A DNA stretch of 64,000 nucleotides from contig JACQBD010000095.1 in assembly GCA_016194665.1 (NCBI GenBank), forward strand, positions 4,101-68,100, read 5' to 3'. Of the stretch, positions 27,488 to 38,731 are shown piece by piece. A program made the translations under genes and the position numbers. Source of the DNA: Gammaproteobacteria bacterium (GTDB lineage: Bacteria > Pseudomonadota > Gammaproteobacteria > Acidiferrobacterales > Sulfurifustaceae). Position 1 is the stretch's first letter. The number at the start of each line of letters is the position of its first letter. Below the pieces are notes generated by a model, which was not told the origin of the DNA, made no database searches, and worked only from the letters and a program-made list of their open reading frames with translations.

Positions 27488-29437
27488 ATGGAAATCGCGG
27501 TTAACTTTATTCCTCTCAACGCGCTCGACGTTACTTATCTACTGGTCGTCGGTTTCATCGGCGGATTAGTCAGCGGTTTCATCGGTTCCGGCGGCGCCTT
27601 CGTGCTGACGCCGGCGATGATGAGCATGGGCGTGCCGGGCATCATCGCCGTCGCTTCCAACATCTGTCACAAATTTCCCAAGGCGCTGGTGGGCGCAATT
27701 AAGCGCGCCAAGTACGGCCAGGTCGATGTAAAACTAGGTCTGGTGCTCGGCGTCTCGGCCGAGGCCGGCGTGCTGTATGGCGCGCACATTCAAGAAGGCA
27801 TCAAACGCAGCTTCGGCGATTCCGGTTCGAATCTGTATGTGAGTGTGGCGTTCGTGGTGGTGCTCGGCATCGTCGGCAGTTACGTGTTGTGGGATGCATG
27901 GCGGGTTTACCGCTCCGGGCGCATGGAAGAAGAAAAAGTTTCTAAACTGGCGCGCTGGGCGCAGTCCATCAATATCCCCGGCACCATGATGTACTTCAAA
28001 AGCTTGAATTCCCGCGTATCGATCCTGTTCACCATTCCCATCGGTTTCGCCACCGGCATGCTCGCCGCGACCATTGCCGTCGGCGGTTTCATCGGCGTGC
28101 CGGCAATGCATTACGTGTTGGGCGCGCCGGCGCTGATGGCGTCGGCCACGGAATTAGTGATCGCATTTGTCATGGGCGTCGGCGGAACGATGAAGTTCGC
28201 GTGGAGTGGCTTAGTGGACATTCGCCTGGCGATGATCATCCTCGCCGGTTCGCTGTTCGGCATTCAACTCGGCGCCATCGGCACGACCTACGTCAAGCCG
28301 CACATGATTAAGGTGGTCATGGGCGTGATCATGGTTTTGGTGTTGTTGTCGCGCGCCATTGCGATTCCGGTTTATTTATCCGAACTGCATCTCATTAACA
28401 CGCTCGATCCGCATCTGACCGGCGCATTGAAAAATATCAGCTTCGTGGTATTGATCGCGGCGCTGGCGGCGGGTGCGGCGATCGTGTTTGCGTCGTTATG
28501 GCGCGGCATTAGTTTGCATCGCCGCGAAACAACGCTGGCGGGTGCATCTGTCGCAACTTTCGCGCCCACCACGGCAACAACTTCACCGCGCGCGCAGCTA
28601 TCGCCGCTGGGCCGCTTCGAGCAGTTTTTACTCGCCAGCGACGGATCGCCGTACAGCGCCGGCGCGGTGCGCGAAGCATTGCGCATGGCGCATAAATGTA
28701 AAGCACGGCTGCGCGCCGTTAGCGTTATCGCCGGCGGCGATATCGAGCACAATGCCATGGGCGAACAATTCGTCACCAAAGAACTCGACGCCGCGCGTGC
28801 GCATCTCGACGACATCAAGCGCCAAGCCAGCGCCGCCGGCGTGACGTGCCAGATCGAAGCCACTCAAGGTAATCAGGTTTACCAAGAAATAATCACGCAA
28901 GCGGAAAGTGTCCAGGCTGATTTAATCGTCATGGGACGGCGTGGACGTCATGGCTTGGCGCGTTTCATGGTCGGCCCGTCCACCGTGCGCGTCATCGGCC
29001 ATGCTCATTGCAATGTTTTGGTGGTGCCACGCGCCGCGGAACTGGTGGGCCGGCGGTTTGTGGTCGCTTCCGACGGTTCACGCTTCGGCGATGCCGCCGC
29101 GGTCACCGCGGCACGGCTGGCGAAACTGTATAACACGCCCATTACCGTCATTTCCGTCACGCGCCCCGAACACAACGATGAACGCCGTCGCGAAGCACAA
29201 CAAGTCGTGCAGCGCTTGGTGACGCTGATCAAACAGGAAGGCGTAGAAGCGGAAGGTGAAATTCCACACGGTCGACCGGATGAGATGATCATCCAAACCG
29301 CCAATGCAAAAAATTGCGATCTGATCGTGATAGGCAGCCACGGACGCACCGGTCTGGAACGCATTCTGCTGGGCGGCACCTCCGAGCGCGTCATCGACCA
29401 AGCCCGGTGCGCGGTATTAGTCGTCAAGTCGGCGTAA
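27488..29437 (+). CDS. TauE/SafE sulfite-exporter-family permease fused to two universal stress protein domains
   Basis: GFIGSGGAFVLTP and AVGGFIGVP TauE repeats; USP motifs ASDGS..DLIVMGRRG and DLIVIGSHGRTG..LGGTSERV. Confidence 0.88.
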   Translation: MEIAVNFIPLNALDVTYLLVVGFIGGLVSGFIGSGGAFVLTPAMMSMGVPGIIAVASNICHKFPKALVGAIKRAKYGQVDVKLGLVLGVSAEAGVLYGAHIQEGIKRSFGDSGSNLYVSVAFVVVLGIVGSYVLWDAWRVYRSGRMEEEKVSKLARWAQSINIPGTMMYFKSLNSRVSILFTIPIGFATGMLAATIAVGGFIGVPAMHYVLGAPALMASATELVIAFVMGVGGTMKFAWSGLVDIRLAMIILAGSLFGIQLGAIGTTYVKPHMIKVVMGVIMVLVLLSRAIAIPVYLSELHLINTLDPHLTGALKNISFVVLIAALAAGAAIVFASLWRGISLHRRETTLAGASVATFAPTTATTSPRAQLSPLGRFEQFLLASDGSPYSAGAVREALRMAHKCKARLRAVSVIAGGDIEHNAMGEQFVTKELDAARAHLDDIKRQASAAGVTCQIEATQGNQVYQEIITQAESVQADLIVMGRRGRHGLARFMVGPSTVRVIGHAHCNVLVVPRAAELVGRRFVVASDGSRFGDAAAVTAARLAKLYNTPITVISVTRPEHNDERRREAQQVVQRLVTLIKQEGVEAEGEIPHGRPDEMIIQTANAKNCDLIVIGSHGRTGLERILLGGTSERVIDQARCAVLVVKSA

Positions 29438-29444
29438 ATTTAAA

Positions 29445-29470
29445 CCGGATTTTTTTGCAAAAAAGTCCGG
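29445..29470. terminator. Hairpin after tauE-usp
   Basis: CCGGATTTTTTT-GC-AAAAAAGTCCGG inverted repeat just after the stop; no clear U-tract. Confidence 0.4.
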
Positions 29471-29592
29471 CAAACCATAACGAAACCGTTCTGCTTTATC
29501 TTGTCTGGATGCCGCCGCGCCCAGCAAAATTAGGGTCAGCATAGCGATGATGCTAGAATCCCCGCTTCGCCCAATCACGAAGGAAGCAGTCC

Positions 29593-30885
29593 TTGGCTGA
29601 TATTTCTCTCAGCGTGCTGATGAGCGCTCTGCTCTTTCTTGTTTTGTTATCCGCGTTTTTTTCCGCCGCCGAAATCGGCCTCATGACCCTGAATCGCTAT
29701 CGCCTACACACACTGGCGAACTCGGGACATCGCGGCGCGCGCATCGCGCGCAAACTGCTCGAACGACCGGATCGCTTGCTGGGCGTCATTCTGCTTGGCA
29801 ATAACTTCGCCAATATCGCGGCATCATCGATCGTTACTCTCATCGCCATCGAATTCTACGGCGAATCCGCGATCGCCGCCGCCGCCGGACTTTTAACATT
29901 TATTATTTTGGTGTTCAGCGAAGTGGCGCCCAAGACCTTAGCGGCGCTGTATCCCGAGCGCATCGCTTTTCCGTCTGCCTATATACTGCTGCCGTTGTTG
30001 TGGCTGATCTATCCGCTGGTGTGGCTGGTCAACGCCATCGCCAATCGCACCTTGCGCCTGTTCGGCGTCAAGCTGCACAATAAGCCAGCCACGGAAGTCA
30101 CCGCCGATGAGTTGCGGGTGCTGGTGCGCGAAGCCGACGTGCTTATCCCGGCCTCGCATCAAGACATGCTGCTGGCGATTTTGGATCTGGAAAAAATTAC
30201 GGTCAACGACGTCATGGTGCCGCGCGGCAAGATTGAAGGCGTCGATCTGGATGCCGAATGGGAAGACATCATCAATCAAATCACCGGCAGCCGTTATACG
30301 CGGCTGCCTACTTACCGCGGCAGCCTGGATAATGTCACCGGCATCATTCACGTGCGCCGCGTGCTAAATCTCATGCGCAAGGGAACGCTCGACCGCGAAT
30401 CGTTCGAACAAGCCATCATCGAACCTTACTTCATTCCATCGGGAACCACGCTCACCACGCAACTGATTAATTTTAGGCAAGTGAAGCGTCGCATCGGCAT
30501 GGTGGTGGATGAATACGGCGATATCCAAGGATTGGTCGCGCTCGATGAAATCCTGGAAGAAATTGTCGGCGACTTCAGCAGCCACGCGGTCGGTAAAATC
30601 GAAGACGTGCAGCAACAAGCCGATGGCAGTTATCTGGTGCGCGGTACAGTGAGCTTGCGCGACCTCAACCGTCAATTGGCGTGGGACCTGCCAACCGACG
30701 AATCGCGCACCCTCAACGGACTTATCGTGGAATATCTCGAAGACATCCCTGAACCGGGAACCAGTCTAATGGTGCACGGTTACCAAGTGGAGATTCTGCG
30801 CACCCGCGGCACCGCCATCGATATTGCGCGCGTACGGCCGACGCCCGACGTTCCGGAAGAGAAAGATACACTGCCGCCGGCTTAA
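29593..30885 (+). CDS. HlyC/CorC (CNNM) family transporter, YfjD/CorB-like
   Basis: SAFFSAAE, ILLGNN, FSEVAPK, CBS pair, VVDEYG, CorC domain. Confidence 0.9.
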   Translation: MADISLSVLMSALLFLVLLSAFFSAAEIGLMTLNRYRLHTLANSGHRGARIARKLLERPDRLLGVILLGNNFANIAASSIVTLIAIEFYGESAIAAAAGLLTFIILVFSEVAPKTLAALYPERIAFPSAYILLPLLWLIYPLVWLVNAIANRTLRLFGVKLHNKPATEVTADELRVLVREADVLIPASHQDMLLAILDLEKITVNDVMVPRGKIEGVDLDAEWEDIINQITGSRYTRLPTYRGSLDNVTGIIHVRRVLNLMRKGTLDRESFEQAIIEPYFIPSGTTLTTQLINFRQVKRRIGMVVDEYGDIQGLVALDEILEEIVGDFSSHAVGKIEDVQQQADGSYLVRGTVSLRDLNRQLAWDLPTDESRTLNGLIVEYLEDIPEPGTSLMVHGYQVEILRTRGTAIDIARVRPTPDVPEEKDTLPPA

Positions 30886-30928
30886 TCAAACTGAAAATTT
30901 TTTGACATCGGGTTAAAATGATTTTTAA

Positions 30929-31060
30929 AGGAATCCCTAAAAATCCTCTCCCTACGGGAGAGGGTTAGGGTGAGGGGAAGCGGATACAATGAATTTATTA
31001 TCCCCCTCATCCCCTCCTTCTCCCGGAGGGAGAAGGAGTTTTCAATTTTTAGAAGTTCCC
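30929..31060. mobile_element. MITE-like element, family A copy 2
   Basis: Imperfect terminal inverted repeats (AGGAATCCCTAAAAAT / ATTTTTAGAAGTTCCC), TTAA on both flanks, internal paired hairpins. Confidence 0.75.
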
Positions 31061-31082
31061 TTAAGGATATATTCCCAAAAAT

Positions 31083-31745
31083 ATGAACGAAATTAAAAAA
31101 CTCATCGACGGCTTCAGCCGCTTTCGCGCGCAACACTACGAAGGCAACGGTGCGGCGTTTAAACGATTGGTGCATCATGGGCAAGCGCCGAAGATCATGG
31201 TCATCGCTTGCTGCGACTCGCGTGTCGATCCGGCGATCATCACCGACTGCGATCCCGGTGATTTGTTTGTGGTACGCAATGTCGCCAATCTGATGCCGCC
31301 CTGCGAAACCACCGGCCATTACCACGGCACCAGCGCGGCGCTGGAATTCGCCGTGCGCTTTCTCGAAGTCAGACACGTCATCGTGCTGGGACATACAGGA
31401 TGCGGCGGCATTCGTGCGCTGTTGCAAGGAGTCAGCGGCAAAGACGATCTGGGACAATTTATCAAACCGTGGATGGAAATCGCCGCCGCCGCGCGTACTA
31501 AAGCGCTCGCCGAAACTAAAACTAAACAATCCACAGACGTGGAACGCGCCTGCGAGCAAGCCGCGATTCAAGTATCGTTGACTAATTTGCTCTCCTTCCC
31601 TTGGGTGCGCGAGCGCGTGGAAAAACAGCAACTCGCGTTACACGGCTGGTACTTCGACCTGGAAAACGGCGAACTCCGACGCTACAACCCAGCGAATAAT
31701 AATTTCGATTCGTTGGCAGCAGTGCCGGTTAATCACACCGTCTAA
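31083..31745 (+). CDS. Beta-class carbonic anhydrase
   Basis: CCDSR, VRNVAN, LGHTGCGG zinc ligands. Confidence 0.95.
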   Translation: MNEIKKLIDGFSRFRAQHYEGNGAAFKRLVHHGQAPKIMVIACCDSRVDPAIITDCDPGDLFVVRNVANLMPPCETTGHYHGTSAALEFAVRFLEVRHVIVLGHTGCGGIRALLQGVSGKDDLGQFIKPWMEIAAAARTKALAETKTKQSTDVERACEQAAIQVSLTNLLSFPWVRERVEKQQLALHGWYFDLENGELRRYNPANNNFDSLAAVPVNHTV

Positions 31746-31760
31746 TTCGCGGTCGCCCTC

Positions 31761-32594
31761 ATGGCCACGAAAATCACGTACACGGTTTTGTTTGTGTCGG
31801 ACCGCACCGGCATTACCGCCGAACTCCTGGGGAAAACTCTATTAACACAGTTTCCCGGCGTGGAGTTTCACAAACGCACCATGCCCTTTATCGACAGCGC
31901 GGAAAAAGCCCGGCAGCTGGTGCAAGAAATTAATCAGCTGGCGCGGCAACAAGACAAGTCGCCGATCGTTTTCAGCACGCTGATTGACGAGGAACTGCGA
32001 AATATTATTACCACTGCCGATGCCCTGTGCCTGGATCTTTTTGAAGGCTTCATCCGCCGGCTGGAAACAAAACTAGGCGTGGAATCGTCGCACGCTTTAG
32101 GCTTAAGCCACGGAATGGGCGACGAGCTGGCCTATCAAAAACGCATGGATGCGCTGAATTACACGCTGGCGCACGACGACGGCATTAACACCGCCGGCTA
32201 CGACCGCGCTGACGTGATTCTCGTCGGCGTGTCGCGTACCGGTAAAACTCCCACCTGTCTTTACCTGGCGATGCAATACGGCATTTGCGCGGCAAACTAT
32301 CCGCTCACCCCCGACGATTTTTCCGATTCAAAACTGCCGGCGCCGTTACTCGCGCATCGTGCAAAACTTTACGGCTTAACAATTCATCCGAAACGCCTGG
32401 CGCGGATTCGGCATGAGCGCAAACCGGACAGCCGCTACGCGGCCTTGGAAAATTGTCAGCGCGAAATTCATTCCGCGGAAATGCTGTTACAGCAAGCGCA
32501 AGTTCCGCTGCTCGACACCTCGACGATGTCAGTCGAGGAAATCGCTATTTCCATCCTGCATGGCAGCGGTTTAATTAAACGAATTAAGAATTAA
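31761..32594 (+). CDS. ppsR: PEP synthase regulatory kinase/pyrophosphorylase
   Basis: VSDRTGITAE, HDDG, GVSRTGKTPTCLYLA. Confidence 0.92.
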   Translation: MATKITYTVLFVSDRTGITAELLGKTLLTQFPGVEFHKRTMPFIDSAEKARQLVQEINQLARQQDKSPIVFSTLIDEELRNIITTADALCLDLFEGFIRRLETKLGVESSHALGLSHGMGDELAYQKRMDALNYTLAHDDGINTAGYDRADVILVGVSRTGKTPTCLYLAMQYGICAANYPLTPDDFSDSKLPAPLLAHRAKLYGLTIHPKRLARIRHERKPDSRYAALENCQREIHSAEMLLQQAQVPLLDTSTMSVEEIAISILHGSGLIKRIKN

Positions 32595-32596
32595 AT

Positions 32597-33268
32597 TCAG
32601 CGTTTGGTTTGTTTCACGGCCACTTCATCGCGCACATACACCGGCAGCGCCTGTTCCGGCGCTAGCGCCATTCCCTTGGCGTAAGCATTCACCGCCAATT
32701 CGGCTACGGCGCGCGCGCGCGGAAAACATTGCGCGCGCCAATTTATAACTTGGCCTTGAAGCCGTTCCAGCAACAGTCCGGCGTATTGATCCCAGCCATT
32801 GCCCGCGCCTATCCACCCCGTTTCCGTCAGCGCCGGAACGCGATCAGGTGCGATAACGATTTCTTCTCCGTGAAGCTCAACCAGACCTTGAGCGTTGCGC
32901 ACATAGGCCGCCCAATACACTTGGTTCATGCGCGCATCGAAAGCCGTCAAAATTTTTATCGCATCCACTCCTTGCGCCAGTGCCGCCAATGAAGATATCG
33001 ATACCACAGGAAGATTCGCACCGAAGGCTAGGCCTTGCACCACGCCGGCGCTTATGCGCAATCCCGTGAAAGAACCGGGACCGCAGCCGAAAGCAATCGC
33101 GTCGAGCTGCGTCAGCGTCATGCCCGCTTCAGCCAAAACATCTTGCACCATAAGCAGCACGCGGCCTGAATGTTGCTGGCCGACTTCAAAACGTTCAATC
33201 GTTGTGTTGTCGTGCGCCAGCGCCACGGAACAAGCTTCAGTCGACGTATCGAGCGCGAGGAGTTTCAT
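32597..33268 (-). CDS. tsaB: tRNA threonylcarbamoyladenosine biosynthesis protein
   Basis: LALDTSTEACSVA, GPGSFTGLRI, DARM. Confidence 0.95.
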   Translation of the reverse strand: MKLLALDTSTEACSVALAHDNTTIERFEVGQQHSGRVLLMVQDVLAEAGMTLTQLDAIAFGCGPGSFTGLRISAGVVQGLAFGANLPVVSISSLAALAQGVDAIKILTAFDARMNQVYWAAYVRNAQGLVELHGEEIVIAPDRVPALTETGWIGAGNGWDQYAGLLLERLQGQVINWRAQCFPRARAVAELAVNAYAKGMALAPEQALPVYVRDEVAVKQTKR

Positions 33269-33304
33269 GGAGACCGCAATGATGCTGACAAAACCGAGAG
33301 CCTG

Positions 33305-33658
33305 TCAGTTATACATCGGCTTGCCGTCGTTAAGATTCAACCAACCCTTAAGAATGCGGTAGATCAACCACAGCGAGGCAGCGAATAAAATAAACCAGCC
33401 GATGATAATAAAAAATGTCAGACCGCCCAAGGCGATCCACAATACGCTAAACCAGAACGTGCGTATCTGCCAACGAAAATGCGATTCCAGCCAGGTGCCG
33501 CGCGCATCGTCACGTTTGATATAACTAAGAATGATTGCGACAAAAAAAGTAATGACGAGCAGAAAGCTCGCCGCTTGCAGCGCATACACCGCGGTGGCGA
33601 TATTTTTTAGCGGCTGTGGGTCAGCTGTTGGATTTTGATTATCGATGATCACGGGCAT
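33305..33658 (-). CDS. Small membrane protein (DUF4870-like)
   Basis: Three TMs, SHFRWQIRTFW, WLIYRILKG. Confidence 0.75.
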   Translation of the reverse strand: MPVIIDNQNPTADPQPLKNIATAVYALQAASFLLVITFFVAIILSYIKRDDARGTWLESHFRWQIRTFWFSVLWIALGGLTFFIIIGWFILFAASLWLIYRILKGWLNLNDGKPMYN

Positions 33659-33662
33659 ATTT

Positions 33663-34097
33663 TCATTCGTCGAACTTAAGGAATTCCGGTAAAGATTGCG
33701 TTAACTGTTTAATCAGCGTTTCTCTGCTCCATCTTTGTGTACTGGCATGCGCTTGACGGCGCGTCGACCAAATTGGATCGGGGTAATGCGCATCGCCTTG
33801 AAAACGTGGAATCACATGCCAATGCAAATGCGCTACTTGGTTTCCCAGCGACGCCAGATTTATCTTGGCAGGATGCATCGCTTCACGCAACGCTTTTTCC
33901 ACGCCAAAAACCACGGCCATAAAATGTTCGCGTTCTGATTTTTTGAGATCGGTCATTTCTTTTACATGCGCGCGCCAAATCACTCGACAAAAACCGGCAT
34001 AATCCGGATCGTCCACTAAAATGACGCGGCATTGTGCGTCGTCCCACAATACCGTTTCATTTTGAGAGTCGCATAAAGGACAGGGCGTCGTATTCAT
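33663..34097 (-). CDS. HIT family protein
   Basis: CPLC, NLASLGNQVAHLHWHVIPR. Confidence 0.92.
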   Translation of the reverse strand: MNTTPCPLCDSQNETVLWDDAQCRVILVDDPDYAGFCRVIWRAHVKEMTDLKKSEREHFMAVVFGVEKALREAMHPAKINLASLGNQVAHLHWHVIPRFQGDAHYPDPIWSTRRQAHASTQRWSRETLIKQLTQSLPEFLKFDE

Positions 34098-34101
34098 CGC
34101 G

Positions 34102-35301
34102 TCATGCCTTTAGCGGTTTAACTTTGGAAGCGGCCAGTTTGGCGCGGCTACGCGCTTGGTCGGTGTCGGCTCCGTTGGCCAAGGTCACGCCCATGCGCCG
34201 GCGTGCGAAAGCTTCGGGCTTGCCGAAAAGTCGCAGATCGGTTTCGGGCACGCGCAAAGCTTCATCCGCGCCTTCGTAAACGATGCCTGTTGCATCTATC
34301 CCGCCGTAAATCACCGCACTGGCGCCGGGAGCACGCAGTCTTGTTGACACCGGCAAACCTAAAATCGCGCGCGCGTGTAATTCAAATTCATTTTGTATCT
34401 GGCTGATCATGGTGACCATGCCGGTATCGTGCGGACGCGGGCTGACTTCGCTGAACCAAACTTGATCGTCTTTGACAAATAGCTCAACACCGAAAATACC
34501 ACGACCGCCGAGATTGTCCGTCACCTTTTTGGCGATTTCGCGCGAACGTTGCAGGGCTTTGTCGCTCATCGCTTGCGGTTGCCAGGACTCGACGTAATCG
34601 CCTTTTATTTGCACATGGCCGATGGGTTCGCAGAAAAAGGTTTCAACCTTACCGGTTTCGCCGATAGCGCGTACGGTCAGTTGCGTGATCTCATAATCGA
34701 ATTTAATCATCTCCTCGACAATCACCCGCGTCTGATTCACGCGCGCGCCGCTCATGGCGTATTCCCACGCCTTGGCGACGTCTTCCGACGCGTTCACCGT
34801 GGATTGGCCTTTGCCGGAAGACGACATCACCGGCTTGACGATGCAGGGATAACCGATGCCGCCATCGATCGCTTGTTTCATTTCACCCAAGCTGGTGGCG
34901 AAGGCATAGCGCGAAGTCGGCAGTTCCAAAGTTTCCGCCGCCAAGCGGCGGATGCCCTCGCGGTTCATGGTAAGTTGTGCGGCGCGCGCGGTCGGAATGA
35001 CTTGCGCTAATTTATCGCGTTCGATTTCTGCCAGCATGTCGGTGGCAATGGCTTCGATCTCGGGCACGATAAGATGCGGACGTTCTTTTTCCACCAAGGC
35101 GCGCAGCGCCGCGCCATCGGCCATGTTGATGACGTGCGCGCGATGCGCGAGTTGATGACCCGGTGCGTTGGCGTAACGATCCACGGCAATGACTTCAACG
35201 CCTAAACGCTGCAAAGCGATGATGACTTCTTTGCCCAATTCGCCCGCGCCTAACAACATGACACGGGTGGCACTGGGGCTAAGCGGTGTGCCGATTTTCA
35301 T
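34102..35301 (-). CDS. purT: Formate-dependent phosphoribosylglycinamide formyltransferase
   Basis: [32 protein letters not shown]. Confidence 0.97.
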   Translation of the reverse strand: MKIGTPLSPSATRVMLLGAGELGKEVIIALQRLGVEVIAVDRYANAPGHQLAHRAHVINMADGAALRALVEKERPHLIVPEIEAIATDMLAEIERDKLAQVIPTARAAQLTMNREGIRRLAAETLELPTSRYAFATSLGEMKQAIDGGIGYPCIVKPVMSSSGKGQSTVNASEDVAKAWEYAMSGARVNQTRVIVEEMIKFDYEITQLTVRAIGETGKVETFFCEPIGHVQIKGDYVESWQPQAMSDKALQRSREIAKKVTDNLGGRGIFGVELFVKDDQVWFSEVSPRPHDTGMVTMISQIQNEFELHARAILGLPVSTRLRAPGASAVIYGGIDATGIVYEGADEALRVPETDLRLFGKPEAFARRRMGVTLANGADTDQARSRAKLAASKVKPLKA

Positions 35302-35309
35302 AGGACTCC

Positions 35310-36272
35310 TTATTTTAATTTTGCAAAATGATCATGGCCCATTTTTAATGGCTGATAAGCATTACCGGATTCATCCACAATGCGTAAGCCTGGCGCCGAT
35401 TCAATCTCGCCGATGCAGTGGAAACCGCAACTAAAATGCAGCTGCTCCAAGGCGGCGATATTTTTCTGCGGCACGGTGAAACAAAGTTCATAGTCATCGC
35501 CGCCCGCTAACACGTTATCCCAGCCGGTTTCCTTAATATATTTTTGGCAAGTAGGCGAGACCGACATACGATCGAGAAAGATGCTGGCGCCGACGTGACT
35601 CATCTCCAATATATGTCCCAGATCCGCCAACAAACCGTCGGAAATATCGATCGCGCTGTGCGCCACGCCGCGTAAGACGACGCCTTCGCGTACCCGCGGC
35701 ATAGGTCGATCGAGTTTGTCCGATAACATCGCCACATCGGATTCTGACAAATGTTTTTTCGCCAAACGATGTTGCAACACTAAGGCCGCGTCGCCCAAGG
35801 TTCCGGTAACATATATCTTGTCGCCGGCTTTGGCGCCAGAGCGGCGCAAAGCCATCGCTTCGGGAACAAAACCATGCGCTTCGATGCCGATCGCGAGCGG
35901 TCCGCGAGTGGTATCGCCGCCGATGAGCTGTACATTAAATTCACGCGCTAAGTTAAATAGGCCCTGGCAAAATCCATCCAGCCAAGTAGGCGTAATTTCA
36001 GGCAAACTCAGATTTAACATGAACCACGCCGGCTCAGCACCCATGGCCGCGAGGTCGCTTAAATTTACCGCGAGGGCTTTATGTCCGAGAGAAATTGGAT
36101 CGACGTCCGCAAAAAAATGCACGCCGGAAACCAACAGATCGGAAGTGACGGCTAATTGTTGACCGGGAGGTAAACGTAATAACGCAGCGTCATCGCCAAT
36201 GCCGACGGCGACGTCGGAACGCGTGATTGGTTGGCGCGCGAAGTAGCGGCGGATCAGTTCAAATTCCGTCAC
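35310..36272 (-). CDS. thiL: Thiamine-monophosphate kinase
   Basis: [35 protein letters not shown]. Confidence 0.96.
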   Translation of the reverse strand: MTEFELIRRYFARQPITRSDVAVGIGDDAALLRLPPGQQLAVTSDLLVSGVHFFADVDPISLGHKALAVNLSDLAAMGAEPAWFMLNLSLPEITPTWLDGFCQGLFNLAREFNVQLIGGDTTRGPLAIGIEAHGFVPEAMALRRSGAKAGDKIYVTGTLGDAALVLQHRLAKKHLSESDVAMLSDKLDRPMPRVREGVVLRGVAHSAIDISDGLLADLGHILEMSHVGASIFLDRMSVSPTCQKYIKETGWDNVLAGGDDYELCFTVPQKNIAALEQLHFSCGFHCIGEIESAPGLRIVDESGNAYQPLKMGHDHFAKLK

Positions 36273-36307
36273 GGTAAACCAGATCGCGCCAGCGCGCTCG
36301 GCTCGCC

Positions 36308-36345
36308 TCCCTCTCCCTCCGGGAGAGGGAATGAGGGTGAGGGGG
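36308..36345. repeat. Partial family A hairpin unit
   Basis: TCCCTCTCCCTCCGGGAGAGGGAATGAGGGTGAGGGGG matches one arm of the MITE-like element. Confidence 0.65.
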
Positions 36346-36420
36346 AATTATGCTCAGCCTCTAGCAGGAAAAATTGAATTACGCTTAACTTCATTCAAAA
36401 ACTGCGGGTAAATAAAAAAA

Positions 36421-36861
36421 TCAGGCCGTACTACGCACGATCTGCACTTCGCGCGCGCGTAAGCCCATGGCAATTTTATCCAAGATGGCGTTGACATACT
36501 TGTGTCCGTGTTCGGCGCCAAAAGTTTTGGCCAGCTCCACGGCTTCATTCAAAATAACTTTATAGGGAATCTCGGGATGAAACTCGAATTCAAAAGTACC
36601 GATGCGCAAACAGGCTAATTCGACCGGATCGACTTCACCGACCTTGCGGTCCAAATGCGGCACAATGTGATCGTCGAGCTCGTGGATGTGCAGCGGGATC
36701 TCGCGCACCAAGTGATGAAAGTAATCGAGATCGACGTCTTCCATTTCATGATCGAGAATAAAATGATTTTCGATATCGCCGGGGGGCTGCTCGGTGAGCT
36801 GCCACTGGTACAAGGCTTGCACCGCGGCGCGGCGTGCTTTATGACGACTGCCCTTGACCAT
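36421..36861 (-). CDS. nusB: Transcription antitermination factor
   Basis: ARRAAVQALYQW, NEAVELAKTFG..VNAILD. Confidence 0.96.
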   Translation of the reverse strand: MVKGSRHKARRAAVQALYQWQLTEQPPGDIENHFILDHEMEDVDLDYFHHLVREIPLHIHELDDHIVPHLDRKVGEVDPVELACLRIGTFEFEFHPEIPYKVILNEAVELAKTFGAEHGHKYVNAILDKIAMGLRAREVQIVRSTA

Positions 36862-36871
36862 AACCCCTCCT

Positions 36872-37348
36872 CTACACTCGCAGCTTCTTCAACAGATTGA
36901 CCATCTCGATGGCGGTCAGTGCGGCGTCCACTCCCTTGTTGCCGGCTTTGGTGCCGGCGCGCTCGATGGCCTGCTCGACAGTATCCACCGTTAACACGCC
37001 AAAGGCTACCGGCAAATCGAACTGCATGCTTACTTGCGATATGCCTTTGGCGCATTCGCCGGCGACATATTCGAAATGCGGCGTCTGGCCGCGGATAACC
37101 GCGCCGAGCGCAATCAAGGCGTCGTATTTTTTACTCGCGGCCATGGTTTTCAGCGCCAACGGCATTTCAAACGCGCCGGGCACGCGCACCACTTCAATAT
37201 TGGCGGGTTCGGCGCCATGACGCGTGAGCGTGTCGATCGCGCCTTCCAGCAAACGATCGCCGATAAAACTATTAAACCGTCCCAAGGCAATGCCAAAACG
37301 CGCACTGCGTGCGATTAAATCGCCATCGATATTTTTGACGTCACTCAT
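36872..37348 (-). CDS. ribH: 6,7-dimethyl-8-ribityllumazine synthase
   Basis: [31 protein letters not shown]. Confidence 0.97.
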   Translation of the reverse strand: MSDVKNIDGDLIARSARFGIALGRFNSFIGDRLLEGAIDTLTRHGAEPANIEVVRVPGAFEMPLALKTMAASKKYDALIALGAVIRGQTPHFEYVAGECAKGISQVSMQFDLPVAFGVLTVDTVEQAIERAGTKAGNKGVDAALTAIEMVNLLKKLRV

Positions 37349-38511
37349 CCCGATACCTTTTTATTGTTGGGTGAACGCAGCGAAGCTAGCGGCGCTTGAT
37401 TATTTTCCACGTAATCGACAATCTCTAAACCAAAACCCGAGAGGCCGGGAGCTTTCGTTACATGACCGAGCACGCGCAGTTTGCCCGCACCCAGATCCGC
37501 CAAGATCTGACTGCCCAAACCGTAAGTGCGCATTTCATCGCGACCACGCTTGCCGCCGCTGGATTCTAAAGCTTTGCCTGGTTCCTGAAAATGCCGGATG
37601 CGTTGCACTAAATCGGCGGGCTTTTCTTGTTGTTGCAAGATCACGACGATGCCTTCGCCTTGCTCGGCGACATGCGCCAACGCGCTATGCAAAGTCCACG
37701 AAGCGGCGCGATGCGCGGCGGTGACCAAGTCCAGCAAACTTTCTTGCACGTGCACGCGCACGCAGACGGTGCGTTCGCGGCGAATAGTACCTTTGACCAG
37801 CGCCAGATGCACGGCATCGCCGATGTCATCGTGATAAGCCACAACGCGAAAGTCGCCGAACTCGGTCGGCATCACGCACTCGCCGACGCGTTGAATGGTG
37901 GACTCGTGTTCCATCCGATGCCGAATCAAATCCGCGATGGTGCCGATCTTAAGTCCGTGCTGCTTGGCGAATTGTTCCAGTTCGGGCAAGCGCGCCATGC
38001 TGCCGTCGTCATTCATGATCTCGCAGATAACGCTGGCGGGTTCGAGGCCGGCCAAGCGCGCTAAATCCACGCCCGCTTCGGTGTGCCCGGCGCGCGCCAA
38101 CACTCCGCCGTGTTGCGCCATCAAGGGGAAAATATGTCCCGGTTGCACGATATCGCTCGGCTTGGCATTTTTTTTCACCGCGGCTTGAATCGTGCGCGCC
38201 CGATCCGCCGCAGAAATGCCGGTGGTCACGCCTTCCGCGGCTTCGATCGACATCGTGAAGTTGGTCGCGCGCCGATGATGCGTGTCGTTGATCATTAGCG
38301 GCAAGTGCAATTGACGGCAACGTTCTTGGGTTAACGTAAGACAGATCAATCCGCGCCCATAGCGCGCCATGAAATTAATGTCTTCGGAGCGCGCGTGCGC
38401 TGCGGCCATGACCAGATCGCCTTCGTTCTCACGGTCCTCATCGTCCATCAACACGACCATGCGGCCGCGCTTCATCTCGTCGATGATTTCGATAATCGGG
38501 CTAATTGGCAT
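37345..38511 (-). CDS. ribB: DHBP synthase fused to a degenerate GTP cyclohydrolase II-like domain (RibBX type)
   Basis: [25 protein letters not shown]; C-terminal domain VRVHVQES lacks the RibA zinc cysteines. Confidence 0.9.
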   Translation of the reverse strand: MPISPIIEIIDEMKRGRMVVLMDDEDRENEGDLVMAAAHARSEDINFMARYGRGLICLTLTQERCRQLHLPLMINDTHHRRATNFTMSIEAAEGVTTGISAADRARTIQAAVKKNAKPSDIVQPGHIFPLMAQHGGVLARAGHTEAGVDLARLAGLEPASVICEIMNDDGSMARLPELEQFAKQHGLKIGTIADLIRHRMEHESTIQRVGECVMPTEFGDFRVVAYHDDIGDAVHLALVKGTIRRERTVCVRVHVQESLLDLVTAAHRAASWTLHSALAHVAEQGEGIVVILQQQEKPADLVQRIRHFQEPGKALESSGGKRGRDEMRTYGLGSQILADLGAGKLRVLGHVTKAPGLSGFGLEIVDYVENNQAPLASLRSPNNKKVSG

Positions 38512-38731
38512 AAAACCATGGAAAAATCAGGAATTGGGGCTGCATTATCACCTATTTTGGTTTCGGATGCGCTGATCCTGGCCTATTTTCTGTGACATCC
38601 GGCTGTCGCCGCCTGTCGGGGATTATGCGGCTTTTATCCTGGCCGCCCTGCCGAATCGCTGGCGACCGCCATACTACTTATAGGTATACACAATACAGCC
38701 AAAGAAAACCGGCTCTTGTTGCAAAAAAATC

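Noticed and set aside
30882-31631. 249-aa minus-strand ORF
   Set aside because: Antisense shadow of the carbonic anhydrase; its tail is just translation of the MITE (REKEGMRG..PLTLTLSRRER)
38512-38731. FMN riboswitch upstream of ribB
   Set aside because: No RFN consensus (AGGGCGGGGTGAAATTCCC..ACCGGCGGT) visible
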